A stretch of DNA of 62,537 nucleotides, from assembly GCA_016190625.1 (NCBI GenBank), contig JACPQF010000075.1, forward strand, positions 1 through 62,537, given 5' to 3'. Positions 1 through 8,275 of this stretch are shown one piece after another. Numbering within the stretch: position 1 is the stretch's first letter; each line of letters begins with the position of its first letter. The stretch comes from Chloroflexota bacterium. Lineage in GTDB: Bacteria; Chloroflexota; Dehalococcoidia; JACPQF01. Below the pieces are notes generated by a model, which had not been told where the DNA came from, did not search any database, and worked only from the letters and a program-made list of their open reading frames with translations. Both the position numbers and the translations under genes were made by a program.

Positions 1-30
1 AAAAGCGGTGGGGAATCGCATCCGCTTTTT
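1..30. terminator. weak hairpin with A-run/T-run flanks (AAAAGCGG-N13-CCGCTTTTT); possible bidirectional intrinsic terminator
   Basis: Read directly from the sequence. Short GC stem extended by A:T pairs, with a T5 tail. Lies upstream of the kinase ORF. Confidence 0.3.
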
Positions 31-139
31 GGCACTATGTGGGGGGCAACAGCAGGTCTGGCAAACAATTCAGACCTCCTAGTGGGGACAGAATTCGCGG
101 GTCTCTGCATATTGCCAGTTTTCGGCTGCATTTCTAGGC

Positions 140-1378
140 ATGCTATTCGGCATGCTTCAGGAGGGCTATAACCTCTACCGTGCCGAGCGAACAGCAGCGC
201 TGCGTCTGGAAGCCCTGAATCAGGAAAACGCCCATCTCTACGAGCGGGCCAGAGGCATCAACGAGCGGCTGGCGGTGGCGACGATTCGGGCTCGGGATCT
301 GGCGGAGGAGGCCGAGCGCCGGGCCGACGATCTGAACGCGCTGGTCGAAAGCGTCGCCGAAGGGGTGGTCATCGTCGATCCGGCGGGCATCGTGGTAAAC
401 CTGAACCGCGCCGGCCGGGACGTCCTCGGCATACCGCCGGAAAAGTGGGTGAAGACCATCGAGGAGCTCCGCCTGGACCTTCGCACGCCGGAGGGCCGTC
501 CGCTTGCGGAGGATGAATGGCCCATCGTTCGCATCCTCCGGAGTGAAACCTTCGCACAGCAAGAGGTACTCTACCGGAGACCGGATGGCGGAGAACGCCA
601 CCTCCTCTTTGCCGGCAGCGCCACGCGAGACGACGCGGGAAACATCCTGCTGACCATTAGCGTCTTTCGGGACATCACGCCCATTCGTGACCTGGAGCGC
701 CAGCGGGAGGAGTTCATCTCCGTGGTCGCCCACGACCTGCGGGGAGCGCTCACCGCCATCAGGGGCTACACCGACCTGCTGGCAAGGCCGGCCTTCGCCC
801 ATGCCTTGCCGGAACAGATCCGCAAGGCTCTGGCCACTATCGGCGCCAACAGCCGGCGGATGGAGAGGATGATCTCCGACCTTCTCGACGTCTCCCGGAT
901 CGAGGCCCGCCAGCTCGCTTTGATGAGGAAGGAAGTCGACCTCCTCTCGCTTGTACAGGGCGCGGCCCAGCGAACGGCGGATATCGGGGCGGGGCATCCG
1001 GTACGGCTGGAAGCGCACGGCGAGATTCCGCCGCTGGAGGCCGACCCCGACCGGCTCGAGCAAGTGTTGACCAATCTGCTCTCTAATGCCGCCAAATACT
1101 CGTATCCGGGCACCGAGATCGTCGTGGAGGTCGAGGCCAGGCCGGGGGAGGCGCTTGTTTCCGTTACCAATCAGGGAAAGGGCGTCAAGCCGGAGGATAG
1201 AGACAAGCTGTTCACCCGCTTCCACCGCACGAGGCAGGCAAAGGAAGAGCGGGTGCCGGGCCTCGGCCTTGGCCTGTATATTGCAAAGGGTTTGGTCGAA
1301 GCCCACGGCGGGCGAATCTGGGTGGAAAGCCAGCCCGGAAAATTCGCGACCTTCCGCTTTACCCTTCCCGTCGCGTAG
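140..1378 (+). CDS. cytoplasmic sensor histidine kinase (coiled coil - PAS - HisKA - HATPase_c)
   Basis: H-box FISVVAHDLRGALTAIRGY, N-box LTNLLSNAAKYS and G-box GLGLGLYIAKGLVEAHGGRIWVES. PAS-like VAEGVVIVDPAGIVVNLNRAG. No TM segment and no adjacent response regulator. Confidence 0.9.
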   Translation: MLFGMLQEGYNLYRAERTAALRLEALNQENAHLYERARGINERLAVATIRARDLAEEAERRADDLNALVESVAEGVVIVDPAGIVVNLNRAGRDVLGIPPEKWVKTIEELRLDLRTPEGRPLAEDEWPIVRILRSETFAQQEVLYRRPDGGERHLLFAGSATRDDAGNILLTISVFRDITPIRDLERQREEFISVVAHDLRGALTAIRGYTDLLARPAFAHALPEQIRKALATIGANSRRMERMISDLLDVSRIEARQLALMRKEVDLLSLVQGAAQRTADIGAGHPVRLEAHGEIPPLEADPDRLEQVLTNLLSNAAKYSYPGTEIVVEVEARPGEALVSVTNQGKGVKPEDRDKLFTRFHRTRQAKEERVPGLGLGLYIAKGLVEAHGGRIWVESQPGKFATFRFTLPVA

Positions 1379-1393
1379 GGTCTTTGTCACCCT

Positions 1394-1481
1394 GGGCCGA
1401 GCGAATCCTTCTGCGGAAGGATGGACTGGTGAGGGGCCTCCCCCCACCAGCCTTCTACGGAAGGATTCGCTGCGGCTCGGC
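1394..1481. repeat. compound REP-like palindrome (outer stem GCCGAGCGAATCC / GGATTCGC..GCTCGGC enclosing three small hairpins)
   Basis: Inverted repeats read directly. Contains TCCTTC-N3-GAAGGA twice, plus a central CTGGTGAGGGGCCTCCCCCCACCAG. Confidence 0.6.
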
Positions 1482-1539
1482 ATGACAGTGGGGACCGAGG
1501 GGAAAGATGTCCCGAGCTGGTTCTCCAGCCGTCTGCCTT

Positions 1540-1595
1540 CAACCCTGAACCCTCTACCCTACAACCTCTACCCTCTACCCTATCCCTTATGCCCT
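1540..1595. repeat. tandem heptamer array (CTACCCT-type, about 8 units), single arm
   Basis: Units read as caaccct gaaccct ctaccct acaacct ctaccct ctaccct atccctt atgccct. The array overlaps the stop codon of the DUF3786 gene. Confidence 0.7.
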
Positions 1596-2303
1596 CACAA
1601 GAGCCGCCGACAGATACCCTCCCACCGCGGACAGGTCCTCGGTGGCAAGGTAGTCGCTGGCCGCCTTGTCGAACAGGATGTTTATGGAGGCGGGCATCTC
1701 TTCGTCTGCCAGAAAGAGAATGCACCCCAGCCTCACGCGGGGAAAGGCCATGAACCAGTGGGCGGCGTCGCCGGTCCGGTCCATCTTCACGCCCCCCAGC
1801 GACTCGCCGGCGCGCTTGAAGCCGGGGAGGTCCCGGCCAAACGCCCGTTCGAGTGGCTCGACCGCCCGCCCGGCGAAGGCCTTCTCGTAGATGTACCCGC
1901 CCGGCAGCTCCCGAAAGGTGATCCATTGGTCGGCAATAGGCGCACCGTTTGCAGTGATGAGGTAGTGAAGAACGACGATTTGTAGCCAGAGAGAAACCGG
2001 CTTGAATTCGGTCGACACGGGCAGGGGCGAACTTCCCCCCGGATGGGTTTGGTCTCCACAGGCATTGTCTTCCGGCTCTCTTAGGGGCGTCCTTCCGCCG
2101 AAGGACGCCCCTACGGATTTGGCACTATCTGACGCCAGTTCCAGGACCTCGACCTCCGGATAGCGAACGACGAACACCCTATTGAAGAATGGCACCCGGA
2201 ACTCGTGACCGTCGAACACCACGCCAGCCCTGTTGGCCGCTACGTAGGGGCTGAGCCGCCGCAGGTCTTGTACGGCCTTGTTGTAGGCTGGATCTAGAGG
2301 CAC
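1587..2303 (-). CDS. DUF3786 domain-containing protein
   Basis: The segment LQIVVLHYLITANGAPIADQWITFRELPGGYIYEKAFAGRAVEPL matches my recollection of the DUF3786 core. Family call is by eye. Confidence 0.65.
   Translation of the reverse strand: MPLDPAYNKAVQDLRRLSPYVAANRAGVVFDGHEFRVPFFNRVFVVRYPEVEVLELASDSAKSVGASFGGRTPLREPEDNACGDQTHPGGSSPLPVSTEFKPVSLWLQIVVLHYLITANGAPIADQWITFRELPGGYIYEKAFAGRAVEPLERAFGRDLPGFKRAGESLGGVKMDRTGDAAHWFMAFPRVRLGCILFLADEEMPASINILFDKAASDYLATEDLSAVGGYLSAALVRA
2082..2113. repeat. perfect REP-like palindrome TAGGGGCGTCCTTC-CGCC-GAAGGACGCCCCTA inside the DUF3786 CDS
   Basis: 14-bp perfect stem with a 4-nt loop, read directly. Translated in frame as GASFGGRTPL. Confidence 0.85.
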
Positions 2304-2325
2304 AATTGGATCCCTTTTATGGCGT

Positions 2326-2904
2326 TCAACCTGATTCTTCCTTTTCCCGCTTGTCCATGAATTCGAGCACGCTCATAATCGCCGCTAACGACGCGCAATC
2401 GCGGATCAACTCGTTCCGCCCGATCGCCTGTCGCAGTTCGGCCAGATCGACGAATTCTACTTCGATGTTCTCGCTCTCGTCCAGAGACTGTGCTCCCACC
2501 TGCTCGAGGTCGTCGCAGTAGAAGATGTGAGCGCGGGTGGTGAGAAGAGCGGGAGAGGGGTAGAGAACGGCTACCGGCAGGATGCGGCGGGCCCGGAAGC
2601 CGGTCTCCTCCAGTAGCTCCCGCTTTGCCGCCTGGGCCGGCTCTTCCCCTGGCTCGATATAGCCAGCGGGCAGCTCGCAGACCACCTCGCCGATGCCGTG
2701 CTTGTACTGCCGGACCAAGACCACCCGCCCATCGGGGGTGACGGCGAAGACCATGACAAAATCGAAGCGCTCGACCACGTAGTAGTCGTCGATTATCAGA
2801 CCGGAGGCCAGGCGGCAGCGATCCTTTCGTACCCGCAGCCAGCGGTTGGCGAACACCACCTCGGATTCGAGGACTTCCCAATGATCCATAATTGCGCCTC
2901 GCAT
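2326..2904 (-). CDS. NUDIX hydrolase (ADP-ribose pyrophosphatase-like)
   Basis: Nudix box GYIEPGEEPAQAAKRELLEETGF. The start may be ATG 2889 (MDHWEV, GAGG 8 nt upstream) rather than 2904. Confidence 0.9.
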   Translation of the reverse strand: MRGAIMDHWEVLESEVVFANRWLRVRKDRCRLASGLIIDDYYVVERFDFVMVFAVTPDGRVVLVRQYKHGIGEVVCELPAGYIEPGEEPAQAAKRELLEETGFRARRILPVAVLYPSPALLTTRAHIFYCDDLEQVGAQSLDESENIEVEFVDLAELRQAIGRNELIRDCASLAAIMSVLEFMDKREKEESG

Positions 2905-3252
2905 AGTGGTCAGCTATCAGCGATCAGCCGTCAGCGATCAGCTTTCAGCAATCAGCCTTCAGCCTTCAGGTATTAGCCTGCGGACTCATGAAGTTCAAAG
3001 AAAACGTCGGGTGCCGGCGGCCAGGACACGGCGTCAACGAATGGACAGCGAATAAGCGAATGAAGGTGTACTGGCTATTCGCTTATTCGCTGAACATTCG
3101 CTGACGCCGCACCCTCGTATTGTGTTGAGCTTCATTTCTCCGCAGGGCTGCTGACTGCCGATGGCCAATGGCTGACCGCTGATCGCTGATAGTTGACGGC
3201 TGATAGCTGATGGCTGATAGCTGACGGCTGATAGCTGACGGCTGATAGCTAT
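2905..3252. repeat. 348-bp foldback element with heptamer-array arms (TCAGCNN x~8.7 at 2910-2970; GCTGAYR x~14.4 at 3150-3250) around a non-repetitive inverted-repeat core
   Basis: Read directly. Core arms are 2977-2998 vs 3125-3146 and 3030-3062 vs 3075-3108. Fills the whole intergenic gap. Confidence 0.9.
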
Positions 3253-3777
3253 CTAAGTTCTTTGTGCCTTTGTGTTTAAGCCTCCTCGCCGGGCCGTCTC
3301 GAACGCCTCTTTCTCTTCGTCGGACAGCGGATACACGGGCTGGCCTTTCTGAATGGGCTTAGCGTACACCCTCGTGCTGGCGCGGTTGTGTAGCGAGGTT
3401 ATCACCACGCCGTTGTCGTAGTCGTCGAGGAGGGCTACACAGAAGCTCTGGTCGCTTCCCATGTCGGCGAACGGGTTGAAGCGGATGAGGCCGACGTGCT
3501 GGACCGAGCCGCGAACTACCTCGGCGAGACGCAGGAAATCGCGGCCGAGGTCCTCGACCCGCTTGCCCGTTCCCTCGACACGAGTCATGAAGGTCTCGAG
3601 CGCCTTTTCGAGGCTCTGCCCCTCCGAATCTTTGAGCAGCCGCTGGTAGTTCTGCCTCGTCCTCGACAGGCGCTGGTGAATCAAGACCACCTCGACGACG
3701 AGGCCGATCTGAATCAGCAGCATAACTACGCCAAGAACGTAATAAAAGCGGTCGTATAGGGCAATCAACTGGTCCAA
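3253..3777 (-). CDS. DUF4446 family protein (N-terminal TM helix)
   Basis: LIRFNPFADMGSDQSFCVALLDDYDNGVVITSLHNRASTRVYAKPIQKGQPVYPLSDEEKEA resembles the DUF4446 core. Confidence 0.8.
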   Translation of the reverse strand: MDQLIALYDRFYYVLGVVMLLIQIGLVVEVVLIHQRLSRTRQNYQRLLKDSEGQSLEKALETFMTRVEGTGKRVEDLGRDFLRLAEVVRGSVQHVGLIRFNPFADMGSDQSFCVALLDDYDNGVVITSLHNRASTRVYAKPIQKGQPVYPLSDEEKEAFETARRGGLNTKAQRT

Positions 3778-3792
3778 ACGTGCTACCTCGCT

Positions 3793-3821
3793 TTGCTACC
3801 TCATCGGCGATCTAGTATAAT
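3793..3821 (+). promoter_or_regulatory. sigma70-type promoter TTGCTA-17-TATAAT
   Basis: Hexamers at 3793-3798 and 3816-3821 with a 17-bp spacer. Lies about 40 nt upstream of the 3863 ORF. Confidence 0.55.
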
Positions 3822-3862
3822 GTGACGCAAGGCATTTACGCCGCGGTTTTAGGGAGGTCTCC

Positions 3863-4162
3863 ATGGCCAAGAAAACTCAGATGACGAGCAGATATGCCGC
3901 ACCAAAGAAATCCAAGCGGCGATCGAGGCCGGTCCTGCATCCGGCGCAACCCTTCCGACCCGAATCGGGCTATCCGGAAGCGAGTCAGGCGTTGCGACCG
4001 GCGCCGGCGCCGAGCTTGTCAATCGCCCGCAGCCGGTTTCGCTCCACCGTGCAGATGCTCTCCTCCGACTACCATTACGTGGTTGCCGACTTGAAGAGGA
4101 TCGGCATAACGGCTGGCGTACTCGTGGTCGCCATGGTCTTGCTCACCTTTGTCGTGAGGTAG
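3863..4162 (+). CDS. hypothetical basic protein with C-terminal TM anchor
   Basis: RBS AGGGAGG 6 nt upstream of the ATG and its own promoter. C-terminal helix ITAGVLVVAMVLLTFVV. No family recognised. Confidence 0.5.
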   Translation: MAKKTQMTSRYAAPKKSKRRSRPVLHPAQPFRPESGYPEASQALRPAPAPSLSIARSRFRSTVQMLSSDYHYVVADLKRIGITAGVLVVAMVLLTFVVR

Positions 4163-4219
4163 CTGCGAATATAACATACAAGTGGCAATGCCGGCAAGGC
4201 CGGCGAGGGTTGAGCGATC

Positions 4220-4247
4220 GTAGGGGCGAACGGCCGTTCGCCCCTAC
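4220..4247. repeat. perfect 28-nt palindrome GTAGGGGCGAACGG|CCGTTCGCCCCTAC (REP-like)
   Basis: Read directly. Intergenic, upstream of the recA promoter. Confidence 0.85.
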
Positions 4248-4262
4248 GCGACGATGATGGAG

Positions 4263-4291
4263 TTGTCGTCTCAGAACAGATGTGCTATAAT
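4263..4291 (+). promoter_or_regulatory. recA promoter TTGTCG-17-(TGc)TATAAT with a Cheo-like LexA half-match GAACAGATGTGC (4274-4285) in the spacer
   Basis: Hexamers and extended -10 read directly. GAAC-N4-GTGC differs at one base from GAAC-N4-GTTC. Confidence 0.5.
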
Positions 4292-4332
4292 GGCGGAGGA
4301 ATCAGGCACCTCGAGGCGATAGGAGGAAGGTC

Positions 4333-5358
4333 ATGACGGAACGAGAGCGAGCTTTGGACCTTGCGCTGGCCCAGATTGAGAAGCAGTTTGGCAAGGGGTC
4401 CATCATGAAGCTAGGTGAGGCGACGGCACGCCTGCAGGTCGACGCCATTTCGACTGGCTCGATAGCGCTGGACATGGCGCTGGGGATCGGCGGCGTCCCC
4501 CGGGGGCGGGTAACCGAGGTGTTCGGGCCGGAATCGTCGGGAAAGTCCACGCTGGCCCAGCACATCATCGCCGAAGCCCAGAAGGGCGGTGGTATGGCCG
4601 CCTACATCGACGCCGAGCACGCTCTGGACCCCATGTACGCGGCCATTTGCGGCGTAAGCGTCGACGAGCTTCTGGTCTCCCAGCCGGACACCGGGGAGCA
4701 GGCGCTGGAGATCACCGAGGCTTTGGTGCGAAGCGGAGCGGTCGACGTGGTGGTAGTCGACAGCGTGGCGGCTCTGGTGCCAAGGGCGGAGCTCGAGGGC
4801 GACATGGGCGACTCTCACGTCGGTTTGCAGGCCAGGCTCATGTCTCAGGCCCTGCGCAAGCTCACGGCCGCCATAAGCAAATCACACACTTCGGTCATAT
4901 TCATCAACCAATTGCGCGAGAAGGTGGGCGTCATGTACGGCAACCCCGAGGTGACGCCAGGCGGCAGGGCCCTGAAGTTCTACAGCTCCATCCGGGTCGA
5001 GCTTAGGCGGGTGGAGGCGATCAAACAGGGCACCGAGGTTGTGGGCAACCGGGTGCGGGCCAAGGTGGTCAAGAACAAGGTCGCTGCTCCTTTCCGACAG
5101 GCGGAGTTCGACATTATGTTCAGCCAGGGAATAAGCAAAGAGGGAAGCCTGATTGACCTCGGCGTCGAGCTTGGCGTCATCCGCAAGAGCGGCGCGTTCT
5201 TCAGCGTCGGCGAAACCCGTCTCGGCCAGGGGCGAGAGAACGCCAAGGAGTTTCTCAGGCAACATCCCGAGCTAGCAGAGCAGGTCGAGCGCCAGATCAG
5301 AGGCAGCACGCCGCAACAGCGCAATCTAGGATCGTTGCCTGAGGAAGCATCCGACTGA
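4333..5358 (+). CDS. recA: recombinase RecA
   Basis: Walker [11 protein letters not shown] plus canonical RecA sequence throughout. RBS AGGAGGAAGG. Confidence 0.99.
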   Translation: MTERERALDLALAQIEKQFGKGSIMKLGEATARLQVDAISTGSIALDMALGIGGVPRGRVTEVFGPESSGKSTLAQHIIAEAQKGGGMAAYIDAEHALDPMYAAICGVSVDELLVSQPDTGEQALEITEALVRSGAVDVVVVDSVAALVPRAELEGDMGDSHVGLQARLMSQALRKLTAAISKSHTSVIFINQLREKVGVMYGNPEVTPGGRALKFYSSIRVELRRVEAIKQGTEVVGNRVRAKVVKNKVAAPFRQAEFDIMFSQGISKEGSLIDLGVELGVIRKSGAFFSVGETRLGQGRENAKEFLRQHPELAEQVERQIRGSTPQQRNLGSLPEEASD

Positions 5359-5403
5359 CCCAACCGATCGGTCTGATCAGTCGGATCAACAACTGGCAAT
5401 CCA

Positions 5404-5445
5404 AAGAGAGAACGTTTCTATATTGCAACGTTCTCTTTTTTTCTG
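5404..5445 (+). terminator. intrinsic terminator after recA
   Basis: Stem AGAGAGAACGT / ACGTTCTCT followed by a T7 run. Confidence 0.75.
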
Positions 5446-5510
5446 TTTTATTGGGCGACAAATAGGATATAATAGATAATAAGACACAGCACTGAATCGA
5501 GCAGCATTAC

Positions 5511-6149
5511 GTGAGAACCATCACAGCCATCGAAGCCCAGCGAGGCGATCGACAACGCGTCAACGTGCATCTCGATGGATGCTATGCCTTTAGTCTTGAC
5601 GTGGCCCTCGCCCTGAAAGCTAACCTTTGTGTCGGCCAATCCCTCGCCGATGAGGAAATCGCCCATCTAGGCCAGCAGGACGAGGCCCAGCGCGGCTATG
5701 ACGCGGCTGTGCGATTCCTGGGCTATCGACCTCGTAGCAGCGCTGAGGTACGGCGGCGACTGCGCCAGCGGGGCTTCTCGGATGAGACGGCGGACGAGGT
5801 CCTCCAGAAGCTCGTGGAGGGGCGACTTGTCGACGATTCTGCCTTTGTCAAATACTGGGTGGAAAACCGTCGAACGTTCAAACCTTGTGGGGGGCGTTTA
5901 CTCGGCCTCGAGCTGCGCCAGAAAGGCGTCGACGCCGAAACGATTCGGGAGACGGTGGGCGAGGTCGACGAAGAGGCGGCGGCGTATAACGCCGGCAAGA
6001 AGAAGTCCCGCTCCCTAACCGGCTGCGACGAGAGACAATTTCGCCAGCGGCTCGGGGCATTCCTCCAAAGGCGAGGCTTCGATTATGAGGATGCGACCAG
6101 AGTGACAGCCCGCCTCTGGGACGAGCGAGAAGATGACGAGCAGCAGTGA
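5511..6149 (+). CDS. recX: recombination regulator RecX
   Basis: Position after recA and repeated three-helix modules (RRRLRQRGFSDETADEVLQKL ... LELRQKGVDAETIRE ... FLQRRGFDYEDA). GTG start. Confidence 0.85.
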   Translation: MRTITAIEAQRGDRQRVNVHLDGCYAFSLDVALALKANLCVGQSLADEEIAHLGQQDEAQRGYDAAVRFLGYRPRSSAEVRRRLRQRGFSDETADEVLQKLVEGRLVDDSAFVKYWVENRRTFKPCGGRLLGLELRQKGVDAETIRETVGEVDEEAAAYNAGKKKSRSLTGCDERQFRQRLGAFLQRRGFDYEDATRVTARLWDEREDDEQQ

Positions 6150-6179
6150 ACACGCCTCCCTGATATGCTGCTTCTCTCC

Positions 6180-6208
6180 TTGACACTATCGAGGAAAACG
6201 GCTAATAT
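6180..6208 (+). promoter_or_regulatory. sigma70-type promoter TTGACA-17-TAATAT upstream of rny
   Basis: Hexamers at 6180-6185 and 6203-6208. Confidence 0.55.
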
Positions 6209-6285
6209 TGGCGTATGTTTCTCGATTACGAACCTGACCATAGCAAGAATGAAACTGAGATATTCTGGACAGGGAGGAGGTGAGG

Positions 6286-7818
6286 ATGCCTTTCAACTTA
6301 ATAGAGCTGCTCGTAGCGCCGGGCGCCGCCGTCATTGGGGGTCTCGTGGGCTTCTACATCCGCCAGACTCTCAGCGCCTCGAAGGTCAAGGCCTGCGAAG
6401 AGGAAGCAACAAAGCTGCTTGACGAGTCAAAGACCACAGCCCGCGAGGCCATCCTCGAGGCTAGGGACGAGGCAATCAAAATACGAGCGGCCGCCGACAC
6501 GGAAAACCGAGAACGGAGAGCAGAGCTCCAGCGACAGGAAAGGCGCGTGGCGCAAAAGGACGAGGCGGTGGAGAGGAAGCTGGAGTCCATAGATCGACGA
6601 GACAAGTCGCTGGCCACCAAAGAAAAGGAGGCCGAGGCTCTTCGCAGCCAAGCGGAAGAGTACAGGCGCCAGCAGCGTCAGGAAATGGAACGGGTTGCCC
6701 GGCTATCTACTCAGGAAGCAAAGGAGCTACTCCTGCAGGCGATCGAGGATGAGGTCCGTCAGGACGCCTCTCGCCGCATAAGAGACATAGAGATTCAGGT
6801 CAAAGAGGAGTCTGAGCGACGAGCACGGGAAATAATCGCCTTGTCCATCCAGCGTTGCGCCACCGACGTAGTGTCGGAGACGGTGGTGTCCGCTGTCCCC
6901 TTGCCCAACGAGGAGATGAAGGGACGCATAATCGGACGAGAGGGACGCAACATCCGGGCCCTGGAACAGGCGACCGGCGTCGACCTCATAATCGATGACA
7001 CCCCGGATGCAGTTACGCTCTCGGCTTTCGACCCCGTTCGACGGGAGATAGCGCGAATCGCTCTGAACAGGCTCATCCTCGATGGCCGGATCCATCCGGC
7101 GAGGATCGAGGAGGTAGTGCAGAAGGCCCGCCACGAGGTCGAAGGAACGATACGCGAGGAGGGCGAGCAGGCAGCGTATAAGGCGGGCGTTCATGGATTG
7201 CACGCCGACCTGATAAAGCTGTTGGGAAGGCTCAAGTACCGGTACAGCTACGGCCAGAATGTTCTCCAGCACAGCTTGGAAGTGGCGTTCTTGGCCAGCG
7301 TGATGGCCTCCGAGTTGGGGGCCGACACGAACATATGTAAGCGAGCCGGTCTACTGCACGACATCGGCAAGGCGGTCGACCACGAGGTCGAGGGACCTCA
7401 TGCGCTGATCGGCGCCGATCTCGCCAGGAGGCTCAGCACGGCGCCCAAGGTGGTTCACGCCATTGCCGCTCACCATGGGGAGGAGGAACCCGCTAGCGTG
7501 GAGGCCTTCATCGTATCCACGGCCGATGCCATAAGCGGGGCCCGACCCGGAGCGAGGCGCGAATCCCTCGAACACTACGTGAAGCGACTGGAGGCCCTCG
7601 AGGGTGTAGCCAACAGCTTTACCGGTGTGGAGAAGTCTTTCGCTATCCAGGCCGGCCGCGAGGTTCGGATCATCGTCAAACCGGAAGAGATAGACGATCT
7701 GGCCTCAGTACGGCTGGCGAGAGATATCGTCAAAAAGATCGAAGATAGTTTGGAATATCCCGGTCAGATAAAGGTCACGGTCATACGAGAAACACGCGCA
7801 GTGGACTACGCGAAGTGA
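6286..7818 (+). CDS. rny: ribonuclease Y
   Basis: N-terminal TM helix, long charged coiled coil, KH domain ([15 protein letters not shown]) and HD domain (LLHDIGKA). ATG 6286 is preferred over the track start 6280 because RBS GGAGGAGG lies 6 nt upstream. Confidence 0.95.
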   Translation: MPFNLIELLVAPGAAVIGGLVGFYIRQTLSASKVKACEEEATKLLDESKTTAREAILEARDEAIKIRAAADTENRERRAELQRQERRVAQKDEAVERKLESIDRRDKSLATKEKEAEALRSQAEEYRRQQRQEMERVARLSTQEAKELLLQAIEDEVRQDASRRIRDIEIQVKEESERRAREIIALSIQRCATDVVSETVVSAVPLPNEEMKGRIIGREGRNIRALEQATGVDLIIDDTPDAVTLSAFDPVRREIARIALNRLILDGRIHPARIEEVVQKARHEVEGTIREEGEQAAYKAGVHGLHADLIKLLGRLKYRYSYGQNVLQHSLEVAFLASVMASELGADTNICKRAGLLHDIGKAVDHEVEGPHALIGADLARRLSTAPKVVHAIAAHHGEEEPASVEAFIVSTADAISGARPGARRESLEHYVKRLEALEGVANSFTGVEKSFAIQAGREVRIIVKPEEIDDLASVRLARDIVKKIEDSLEYPGQIKVTVIRETRAVDYAK

Positions 7819-8014
7819 GGCCCTGATAGTCTGATGACGCGGCTCCGGCATCCGTCACTGGCTCTGCCGAGCCGCTGTTCATAGAAGCCAGCCACAGAGA
7901 GCGAGGTGGGCAGTCCCCGGCTTAACTGAATAGTTGACTAAACGGCAGATACTGCGGGTTCTTCGCCTTTTCTTTGCTGTCCCGCCCGCTAGATTCGCCA
8001 AGGAGGCACCCAAC

Positions 8015-8275
8015 ATGGAAGTCTTGAAAGTCTCTTCGTTGTCAAGACCAAGCGCGGTTGCAGGCGCAATCGCCGGAGTAATCAGGGAGTGTGGCAGGGC
8101 GGAAGTGCAAGCTATCGGGGCGGGAGCGGTAAATCAAGCGGTCAAAGCCATCGCCATCGCCCGCGGCTATGTCGCCGCAGCAGGAATGGATCTGATTTGT
8201 GTTCCCGCGTTTACAGATGTGTCAATAAATGACGGTGAGCGGACGGCCATCAGAATCATTGTCGAGCCAAGATGA
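8015..8275 (+). CDS. spoVS: stage V sporulation protein S family protein
   Basis: 86-aa protein MEVLKVSSLSRPSAVAGAIAGVIRE...IDLICVPAF-like. RBS AAGGAGG. The track ORF start at 7934 is an over-extension. Confidence 0.9.
   Translation: MEVLKVSSLSRPSAVAGAIAGVIRECGRAEVQAIGAGAVNQAVKAIAIARGYVAAAGMDLICVPAFTDVSINDGERTAIRIIVEPR

Noticed and set aside
143-1483. Long antisense or alternative-frame ORFs in the track. Examples: 143-1483(-), 1086-1985(+), 12463-13326(-), 14175-14960(-), 36510-37322(+), 43796-44794(+), 47203-47958(+) and 59205-59825(+).
   Set aside because: They lie opposite or overlap genes with clear family signatures. They are Arg/Pro/Gly/Ala-rich and lack RBS or recognisable motifs. 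These are typical shadow ORFs of GC-rich DNA.
2910-3250. The tandem short repeats could be mistaken for a CRISPR array.
   Set aside because: The repeat period is 7 nt with no spacers. The two arrays are reverse complements of each other, and there are no cas genes in the window.
7819-8014. A possible small RNA or terminator hairpin (GCGGCTCCGGCA...TGCCGAGCCGC) between rny and spoVS.
   Set aside because: The stem is imperfect and has no T-tract, and no promoter-like hexamers with proper spacing were found. It cannot be supported from sequence alone.
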